Positions 57,446 through 64,000 of a DNA stretch of 64,000 nt are shown here, in pieces. Under the pieces are notes generated by a model, which worked only from the letters and a program-made list of their open reading frames with translations, was not told the DNA's origin and made no database searches. Origin of the DNA: Clostridium sp. AF37-5 (GTDB lineage: Bacteria; Bacillota; Clostridia; Oscillospirales; Acutalibacteraceae). How positions within the stretch are numbered: the first letter of the stretch is position 1; the number at the start of each line of letters is the position of its first letter. Location: assembly GCA_963625835.1 (NCBI GenBank), contig CAVFVA010000002.1, positions 17,058 to 81,057 on the forward strand, in the 5' to 3' direction. The position numbers and the translations under genes were made by a program.

Positions 57446-58216
57446 ATGGATTTTAAAGAAAGCACGTTTATGTATATCCTCGGCGGTGCCGTGGTTGCCT
57501 TTGTTTTGGCGCAATCGATATTTTTTCTTGTGCGCGCTTACAGGCAGGGCAAAAAAATCGGCATTTCCGAAAAAACAATGAAAAACACAATCGTTTCCAG
57601 CTCACTGTTTTCAATTGCTCCGTCAATTTCGATTTTGGCAACGATTATAACGCTTTCCGGCGCACTCGGGCTTGTGCTGCCCTGGATAAGACTTACGGTT
57701 ATAGGCGCAATCACCTATGAAGTGCCTGCCGCGGAAAGCGCGCTTAATGCGCTGGGGCAAATCGGCGGACTTTCGCAGGAGGTTAACGACCCCGTTCAGT
57801 TTTCCACAATTGCGTGGGTTATGACACTCGGTTCCGTTATGCCGCTTGTGTTGCTGCCGTTTATGCTTAAATTCATCCAAAAAAAGGTTGGCGGCGTGGC
57901 AAACAAAAATGCCGCTTGGGCAAACACAATGAGCGCAGCGGCGTTTATCGGCTTAATCAGCGCCTTTATCGGCAGAGCCGTGCTCGGCAGCGGAGAGCCG
58001 GATCAGCTCGGCGACGGTGCCGGCGTTATGAGTGTTACCGCACTTGCGGTTTCCATGCTGTGCATGCTTGGCTTTATGAAGCTGCAAAAGAAGAAAAATA
58101 TTTCGTGGCTGGAGCCGCTTGCAATGCCGCTGAGCATGTTTATTGCGCTGGCGGTTGTTACGGTTTTAAGCCTTGTTTTGCCCGGCGATATTGCCGTGCT
58201 TGAATGGAGGGGTTGA
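57446..58216 (+). CDS. DUF5058-like membrane protein
   Basis: Multi-TM; LPWIRLTVIGAITYE motif. Confidence 0.7.
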   Translation: MDFKESTFMYILGGAVVAFVLAQSIFFLVRAYRQGKKIGISEKTMKNTIVSSSLFSIAPSISILATIITLSGALGLVLPWIRLTVIGAITYEVPAAESALNALGQIGGLSQEVNDPVQFSTIAWVMTLGSVMPLVLLPFMLKFIQKKVGGVANKNAAWANTMSAAAFIGLISAFIGRAVLGSGEPDQLGDGAGVMSVTALAVSMLCMLGFMKLQKKKNISWLEPLAMPLSMFIALAVVTVLSLVLPGDIAVLEWRG

Positions 58217-58218
58217 TT

Positions 58219-58875
58219 ATGGACAGTTATAACGAACGCACCCACATAATAGGCCGTTTTTGGATAATCACCGCCCTGGTTGCCTTTTTAATGATTCCCG
58301 TGGCAATTTCGGCAAAGCTGAATGCTTTTCCGCAGGCATCCGTTGTGCTTAAAGGGCTTGCGCCGATTGCGCTGCTCTTTTACCCCACGGCGGTTATAGA
58401 GGTTTGCACATACTCACCGATGCTCGGTTCCGGCGCAACCTACATTGCATTTGTAACCGGCAATATAAACAATTTAAAGCTGCCCTGCGCGCTTTCGGCA
58501 ATGGACAGTGCCGGCGTAAGCCCAAACAGCGACGAGGGCGAAATTCTTTCCACAATTGCCGTTGCGGCGTCCTCAATAGTTACAACGCTGATTATTGCCG
58601 TAGGCGTTATTGCATTTGCGCCGTTTTTACCGCGCATAACGGCTTCCGATTCAGTGCTCGCACCCGCATTCAGGCAGGTTGTACCTGCCCTTTTCGGCGC
58701 GCTTGGTATGTCCTACATAGCAAAGCACTTTAAAATCAGCATTGTGCCGATTGCCGTTATCTGCCTTATGCTGCTCTTTAAGGGAGATTTGGCAGTTGGC
58801 GTGCTCATTCCGGTGGGCGTTGTTGTTTCACTGCTTGCGGCGCACATTATGTTTAAAAAAGGCTGGGTTAAATAA
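58219..58875 (+). CDS. Hypothetical multi-TM protein coupled to the DUF5058-like gene
   Basis: YSPMLGSGATYIAFVTGNINNLKLPCA; GGAGG RBS inside previous gene end. Confidence 0.75.
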   Translation: MDSYNERTHIIGRFWIITALVAFLMIPVAISAKLNAFPQASVVLKGLAPIALLFYPTAVIEVCTYSPMLGSGATYIAFVTGNINNLKLPCALSAMDSAGVSPNSDEGEILSTIAVAASSIVTTLIIAVGVIAFAPFLPRITASDSVLAPAFRQVVPALFGALGMSYIAKHFKISIVPIAVICLMLLFKGDLAVGVLIPVGVVVSLLAAHIMFKKGWVK

Positions 58876-58907
58876 TTTTCGCCTTTTAAATAACCTTATA
58901 AAAACAA

Positions 58908-58947
58908 CAAGCGGAGTGCACTCCTGAAACCGAAGTGCGCTCCGCTT
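58908..58947. terminator. Terminator between convergent genes
   Basis: AAGCGGAGTGCAC...GTGCGCTCCGCTT. Confidence 0.7.
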
Positions 58948-58984
58948 AAATTTATATTTTGTTTTATTTGCGGTTATAAACAAT

Positions 58985-59656
58985 TTAATCAAGCCTTGCC
59001 TCAAGGCGGTAAATCGGCATTCCCATATCGGAAAATCGCTTTTCGTATTCCGTAACTATATTGCCCTCAAAATCGCTGTTGTGCAAATCAAGGCTTATGT
59101 TTGAAAGCTTAAAGCCGCATTCCGAAAAACTTTGCAGCGAAAACTCAAAGAAATGCATATTATCCGTTTTTTGGCAAATCGGTGCGCCCGGCGCAAGCAG
59201 CTGCTTATAAATTTTAAGAAAATTCAGGTGTGTTAAGCGGTGCTTTGCATATTTGTTTTTCGGAAACGGGCAGCTGAAATTAAGATAAAGCGTTGTTACG
59301 CTGCCTGCAGGAATATAGCAAGGCAGATATTCGGCATTGCATTTCATAAATCTTATGTTTTTCAACTCGGCTTGCTTAGCAGCCTCGCATGCGGCAACTA
59401 TAACATTGCCCACTTTTTCAACGGCTATCACATTCACATTCGGGTTTTGCCTTGCAAATTCGCAGGCAAAGCCGCCCTTACCGCAGCCGATTTCAAGCAC
59501 AAGCGGATTATCGTTTTTAAAAAGCTTTTTCAAATCAAGCACGGCGTTTGCCGGCACAGCGTTTTCAAAATTCAAATCCTCGTTTTCGCAGTCAATTAAA
59601 ATCTCGGCGCAATCATCAAGCCGCGTTTCGAGATTTTTCTTTCTTCTCATTCTCAT
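58985..59656 (-). CDS. trmB: tRNA (guanine-N7)-methyltransferase
   Basis: LEIGCGKG, NFSCPFPK..HRLT, KTDN, TEYEKRF. Confidence 0.95.
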   Translation of the reverse strand: MRMRRKKNLETRLDDCAEILIDCENEDLNFENAVPANAVLDLKKLFKNDNPLVLEIGCGKGGFACEFARQNPNVNVIAVEKVGNVIVAACEAAKQAELKNIRFMKCNAEYLPCYIPAGSVTTLYLNFSCPFPKNKYAKHRLTHLNFLKIYKQLLAPGAPICQKTDNMHFFEFSLQSFSECGFKLSNISLDLHNSDFEGNIVTEYEKRFSDMGMPIYRLEARLD

Positions 59657-59682
59657 AAAAACAAATTCCGTTCAAAAATTTA

Positions 59683-60600
59683 TCAGCCGCCGTATGCAAT
59701 CATTTTATCAATGCATTTCTTGGCGGCAAGGCGCATATCCTCGCTCATTTCAATTTCCTCACCGGCAGTGCCGAGGCAGCAGTTATAAACCTGCGGCAGT
59801 GTGGTAAGTTTCATATTCATGCAAACAAGGTGCTTTGAAACGGGATAAAACGATTTGCCGGGGCAATCGTATTGCAAGTGCTCCAAAATGCTGTTTTCCG
59901 TGCCGATGATAAATTCTTTTGCGTCACTCTCCTTAGCATAATTCATTATGCCGCTGGTGGAGCCGATATAATCCGCATGCTTTGTAACATCTTCGCGGCA
60001 TTCGGGGTGCACCAGGAAAAGTGCATTCGGATGCGCAGCTTTAGCGTCGAGCACATCCTGTTCGGAAACCACCATATGCCTTGGGCAACCGCCCTGAAGC
60101 AAAACAAAATTTTTATCCGGGCACTGTTTTGCAACATAGCCTCCCAAATTGATATCCGGAATAAAAATTATATCCTTTTCCGGCATTGCCTTAACTATTT
60201 TAACGGCAGATGAGGAAGTTACGCACACATCGCAAACCGTTTTAAGCTCGGAAGTGGTGTTTACATAAGCCACAACGGCATGACCGGGGTGCTCCTCTTT
60301 AAGGCGCAAAACCGCCTCCTTGGTGAATTGCTCCGCCATAGGGCAACCTGCCTGCGAATCGGAAAGGATAACATTTTTTTCGGGCGAAAGGATTTTAACC
60401 GTTTCTGCCATAAAGCGCACGCCGCACATAATCACGGTTTTATTCGGCACAGATTGCGCCTTAACGGAAAGCGCATATGAATCGCCAGTAAAATCCGCAA
60501 TTTCGCAAATTTCCCTTGCCTGGTATGAATGTGCCAAAATACAAATATCTTTTTCTTTTTTTATTTTTAAAATTTCGTCCTGAAGTTCGCGAATATTCAT
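59683..60600 (-). CDS. nadA: Quinolinate synthase
   Basis: ILAHSYQ, GDS, CGVRFMAE, AGCPMA, YVNT, VHPEC, CMNMK; true start at 60600. Confidence 0.95.
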   Translation of the reverse strand: MNIRELQDEILKIKKEKDICILAHSYQAREICEIADFTGDSYALSVKAQSVPNKTVIMCGVRFMAETVKILSPEKNVILSDSQAGCPMAEQFTKEAVLRLKEEHPGHAVVAYVNTTSELKTVCDVCVTSSSAVKIVKAMPEKDIIFIPDINLGGYVAKQCPDKNFVLLQGGCPRHMVVSEQDVLDAKAAHPNALFLVHPECREDVTKHADYIGSTSGIMNYAKESDAKEFIIGTENSILEHLQYDCPGKSFYPVSKHLVCMNMKLTTLPQVYNCCLGTAGEEIEMSEDMRLAAKKCIDKMIAYGG

Positions 60601-60766
60601 AAAAATCTCTCTTTCGCGGCAATGCCGCTCCTTCATTATTTTATCATATATAAATTTACAATATATGCGGCGAAAATGCAATAAAAACTTTTGCCGCTTA
60701 TTAAGCCACAAAAGCGACGCGATTTTGAAACCGCGCCGCCTTGTGATTTTATGGGGGGAATTTAAA

Positions 60767-61693
60767 TTATTTAAAAAGATCTGTTGAAAGGTATCTGTCG
60801 CCTGTGTCGGGAAGAAGAACAACAATGTTTTTGCCCTTGAATTCATCCCTTGCGGCAAGCTGCTCTGCAGCCCAAACGGCTGCGCCGCTTGAAATACCAA
60901 CGAGAACGCCTTCTGTTTTTGCGATTTTGTTGCCTGTTTCAAACGCAGCTTCGTTCGGAACGGGAATAACTTCATCGTAAATCTTTGTATCGAGCGTATC
61001 GGGCACAAAGCCTGCGCCGATACCCTGGATTTTGTGCGAACCGCCGTGACCCTCGCTGAGAACGGGAGAGGTTTGCGGCTCAACAGCAAAGATTTTAACA
61101 TCGGGATTTTGCTCTTTAAGATATTTGCCGACACCGGAAAGTGTGCCGCCGGTGCCTACGCCTGCGATAAATGCATCAACTTTGCCCTCTGTGTCTGCCC
61201 AAATTTCGGGGCCTGTGGTTTCATAATGAACCTTCGGGTTTGCCGGGTTAACGAATTGACCGAGAATAACTGCGCCGGGTGTGGCTTCCTTAAGCTCGTT
61301 TGCCTTTTCGATTGCGCCCTTCATACCCTTTGCGCCTTCGGTAAGAACAACCTCTGCACCGTAAGCCTTAACAAGATTGCGCCTTTCAACACTCATCGTT
61401 TCGGGCATTGTAAGAATAACCTTGTAGCCCTTTGCGGTGCCAACGCTTGCAAGACCGATACCTGTGTTGCCCGAAGTGGGCTCAATGATTGTTGCGCCGG
61501 GTTTAAGCTCGCCCTTTGCCTCTGCATCCGAAATCATTGCATTGGCAATTCTGTCTTTAACAGAGCCAGCGGGATTGAAGTATTCAAGCTTTGCAAAAAT
61601 ATTTGCATCCACGCCCTCTGCCTTTGCGAAATTGTTTAATTTAAGAATCGGTGTTTTGCCGATGAGTTCAGTTACATTATTATATACAGCCAT
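60767..61693 (-). CDS. cysK: Cysteine synthase A
   Basis: [45 protein letters not shown]. Confidence 0.97.
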   Translation of the reverse strand: MAVYNNVTELIGKTPILKLNNFAKAEGVDANIFAKLEYFNPAGSVKDRIANAMISDAEAKGELKPGATIIEPTSGNTGIGLASVGTAKGYKVILTMPETMSVERRNLVKAYGAEVVLTEGAKGMKGAIEKANELKEATPGAVILGQFVNPANPKVHYETTGPEIWADTEGKVDAFIAGVGTGGTLSGVGKYLKEQNPDVKIFAVEPQTSPVLSEGHGGSHKIQGIGAGFVPDTLDTKIYDEVIPVPNEAAFETGNKIAKTEGVLVGISSGAAVWAAEQLAARDEFKGKNIVVLLPDTGDRYLSTDLFK

Positions 61694-61724
61694 GATTATT
61701 TGCTCCTTTCGTATTTAGCCGCGC

Positions 61725-63014
61725 TTATTTGCTGATGGCCTTGAAGCCGTTTTCAAGGTCTGCAATAATATCGTCAATATGCTCTGTGCCTATTGAAAGC
61801 CTGATAGTTGAATCGTTGATGTGTTGCTTTTTGAATTCCTCTTCGGAAAGCTGTGAATGTGTGGTTGTTTTCGGGTGAATAACAAGCGATTTAACATCCG
61901 CAACATTTGCAAGAAGTGAGAATATTTCAAGATTGTCGATAAATTTCTTTGCTTCCGCTTCGCCGCCGTCTATATCAAAGGTGAAGATTGAGCCTGCGCC
62001 GTTCGGGAAATATTTATCGTAAAGGTCTTTATATTTAGGGTCAAGCGATGGGTGGTTGATTTTCTTAACAAGGGGATTCTTGGAAAGATAATCAAGCACT
62101 TTTTTGGTGTTTTCCACATGCCTTTCAACACGAAGTGAAAGTGTTTCAAGACCCTGCAAAAGCAGGAATGCGTTAAACGGGGAAATTGCCGCACCCGTAT
62201 CGCGAAGCAGAATTGCGCGAATATAAGTAACGAACGCTGCTTTGCCTGCTGCTGCATCAAAGCTTATGCCATGGTAGCTTGCATTCGGCTCGGTGAACTG
62301 CGGGAATTTGCCGCTTGCTTTCCAATCGAAGTTGCCGCTGTCTACGATAACGCCGCCGAGTGTAGTACCGTGTCCTCCTATAAACTTTGTTGCAGAATGA
62401 ACAACTATATCTACGCCGTGGTCAAATGCACGAAGAAGATAGGGAGTTGTGAAAGTTGCGTCCGACACAAGCGGAATATTGTGCCTGTGTGCGATTTCGG
62501 CAAGTGCATCAATATCAACAAGATTTGAATTGGGGTTGCCGAGTGTTTCAAAAAAGATGAACTTTGTGTTTTCCTGAATGGCATCTTCAAAATTTTGAAG
62601 ATCATCAGGGTCAACAAATGTTGTTTTAACACCGTGCTCCGGGAATGTGTGCTCAAGGTAATTATAGGTGCCGCCGTAAATTGTTTCTGCGGCAACAATG
62701 TGGTCGCCTGCCTTGGCAAGTGCCTGGAATGTGTAAGACAAAGCAGCTGCACCGGAAGCAGTTGCAAGAGCGCCTACACCGCCTTCAAGAGCGGCAATTC
62801 TTTCTTCAAAAACGCCCTGTGTTGAATTTGTGAGTCTGCCGTAAATGTTGCCGGCATCGGTTAAATTAAATCTTGCCTGTGCATGATCCGAATTTTTAAA
62901 CACATAAGATGTGGTTTGATAAATCGGAACCGCTCTGGAATCTGTTGCCGGGTCGGGATTTTCCTGACCTGCGTGAAGTTGAATTGTTTCAAAATGATAT
63001 TTGTTATTTGCCAT
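61725..63014 (-). CDS. metY: O-acetylhomoserine aminocarboxypropyltransferase/sulfhydrylase
   Basis: PIYQTTSY, HSATKFIGGHG, LLANVADVKSL, RLSIGTE. Confidence 0.92.
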   Translation of the reverse strand: MANNKYHFETIQLHAGQENPDPATDSRAVPIYQTTSYVFKNSDHAQARFNLTDAGNIYGRLTNSTQGVFEERIAALEGGVGALATASGAAALSYTFQALAKAGDHIVAAETIYGGTYNYLEHTFPEHGVKTTFVDPDDLQNFEDAIQENTKFIFFETLGNPNSNLVDIDALAEIAHRHNIPLVSDATFTTPYLLRAFDHGVDIVVHSATKFIGGHGTTLGGVIVDSGNFDWKASGKFPQFTEPNASYHGISFDAAAGKAAFVTYIRAILLRDTGAAISPFNAFLLLQGLETLSLRVERHVENTKKVLDYLSKNPLVKKINHPSLDPKYKDLYDKYFPNGAGSIFTFDIDGGEAEAKKFIDNLEIFSLLANVADVKSLVIHPKTTTHSQLSEEEFKKQHINDSTIRLSIGTEHIDDIIADLENGFKAISK

Positions 63015-63069
63015 GATGTTTCTCCTTAAAATTTAAATTAGAATTGATTGATGATTGCTGTTTTTTATT

Positions 63070-63141
63070 TTATTTGCAACATCGTGGCATTCGCGAATAA
63101 GAGGAATAGATTATCTCTTTTGTTTTAACCGCATTTTTCAT
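63070..63141 (-). CDS. 23-aa Cys-Cys leader peptide upstream of metY-cysK
   Basis: AAAGGAGTGTGAT RBS; MKNAVKTKEIIYSSYSRMPRCCK. Confidence 0.7.
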   Translation of the reverse strand: MKNAVKTKEIIYSSYSRMPRCCK

Positions 63142-63193
63142 TGGGATAAATCACACTCCTTTTCTGTCTATAGGTGATTTTGTAATTTCTACT

Positions 63194-63257
63194 ATTCCTA
63201 CGGCATTGGTGGGAATTAGCTTGACATAATAATATCACGGGCAAATGCATTTGTCAA
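63194..63257 (-). promoter_or_regulatory. sigma-A promoter of metY-cysK with Rrf2-type operator just downstream
   Basis: TTGACA(63257-63252)-N17-TATTAT; imperfect palindrome ATTCCTAC-N7-GTGGGAAT 63194-63216. Confidence 0.7.
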
Positions 63258-63269
63258 GTGTTTTTTTAA

Positions 63270-63704
63270 TTAAATCACAAAATTATTTGTGCTGCTTTGT
63301 TCATCCGCCACCAAATCGGCAATTGTTATGTTATCCACCACATCGCTGATGGCTTTATTTATCTTTTCCCAAACCTTAACCGTGGTGCAGCAGCCGTATC
63401 TTTCACACAGATTTTGCTCATCCTGCGTGCAGGTAGTTATTGCAAGGCTGCCCTCTGTAAGGCGCAGAATCATGCCTACTGTATATTCCTCGGGCTTTTT
63501 CGTAAGGCGATAACCGCCGTTTGCGCCGCGCTCGCTTTTAACATAGCCGGCTTTGTTTAGCGTGGAAATAATTTGCTCCAAATACTTTGTACTGATTCCC
63601 TGGCGCGCTGCGATTGCCTTTATGGAAATATTTTCGCCCGTGTCGTTCATTGCCAAATCTATCATTGTGCGCAAAGCATAGCGACCTTTTGTTGATATTT
63701 TCAT
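63270..63704 (-). CDS. Rrf2 family regulator (IscR/CymR-like) retaining Cys ligands
   Basis: MKISTKGRYALR, YLEQI, SERGANGGYRL, C-x6-C-x4-CC. Confidence 0.92.
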   Translation of the reverse strand: MKISTKGRYALRTMIDLAMNDTGENISIKAIAARQGISTKYLEQIISTLNKAGYVKSERGANGGYRLTKKPEEYTVGMILRLTEGSLAITTCTQDEQNLCERYGCCTTVKVWEKINKAISDVVDNITIADLVADEQSSTNNFVI

Positions 63705-63798
63705 TTTACTCAGCCTTTCGGTTTTTATCGTTATCCCTAATATACTATAAAGTTAGTAGGATTTCAAGGATTTTATTTTTTTGCGACATATTCGGCTC

Positions 63799-63829
63799 AA
63801 AAAACGGAGGGTATTACTGCCCTCCGTTT
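63799..63829 (-). terminator. Intrinsic terminator of rsmE
   Basis: AAACGGAGGGTA-ttac-TGCCCTCCGTTT. Confidence 0.75.
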
Positions 63830-63876
63830 GATATTTATATCATATATTGAAAATAAATATTCCTGTCAAAACCGCG

Positions 63877-64000
63877 TTACTCCAAATTGCCCGTTAAAAG
63901 CATAATTGCCGAAAGTGCGGCAACGGGAGCGGTTTGCGTGCGCAAAATCCTTTTGCCCAGCGTGGCACAAATTGCGCCGGAGGCGGTGATTTGATTAACC
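63877..64000 (-). CDS. rsmE: 16S rRNA m3U1498 methyltransferase, C-terminal fragment
   Basis: Reverse strand reads ...ATLGKRILRTQTAPVAALSAIMLLTGNLE*. Confidence 0.85.
   Translation of the reverse strand, partial: VNQITASGAICATLGKRILRTQTAPVAALSAIMLLTGNLE

Noticed and set aside
60601..61134. N-terminal extension of the 483-aa ORF (nadA) overlapping cysK
   Set aside because: NadA similarity begins at MNIRELQ (60600); the extension is an alternative frame of cysK and crosses an intergenic hairpin
63015..63220. SAM (S-box) or T-box riboswitch before metY
   Set aside because: No S-box core or T-box GGTGGNACCGCG sequence and no terminator visible

Overview
Chromosomal window from a Bacillota (Firmicutes) genome; gene order and promoter/RBS style point to a clostridial, probably Oscillospirales-type organism (inference). 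Both flanks are mostly housekeeping. Left flank: miaB-ylbF-mutS-mutL-miaA, malQ, pcrA, Na+-decarboxylase beta/gamma subunits, a YtrA-type GntR/ABC module, sugar genes, tyrA-aroB-aroA-aroC-pheA and a GH28. Right flank: MFS, M20 peptidase, DUF5058-like pair, trmB, nadA, cysK-metY, Rrf2 and rsmE. The centre (about 35.1-53.2 kb) is an 18-kb divergent locus of secreted proteins in which I recognise no catalytic domain. It encodes a ~2020-aa protein and a 380-aa protein ending in closely similar Ig-like + dockerin modules, cohesin-like N-terminal domains in the 380-aa and an 851-aa protein, a 32-aa YxxP...DVITTS peptide missing from the ORF track, and a divergent ~2400-aa helical-repeat giant. This looks like a non-cellulosomal cohesin-dockerin surface assembly and is the best candidate for an undescribed system. 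Other elements absent from the ORF track: a type I toxin-like 44-aa ORF with 5'/3' fold-back, a Cys-Cys leader peptide before metY-cysK, a multi-hairpin uORF attenuator before the MFS gene, and nested REP-like repeats. I saw no rRNA, tRNA, CRISPR array, transposase or integrase. Domain calls come from motif recognition by eye, not database searches.
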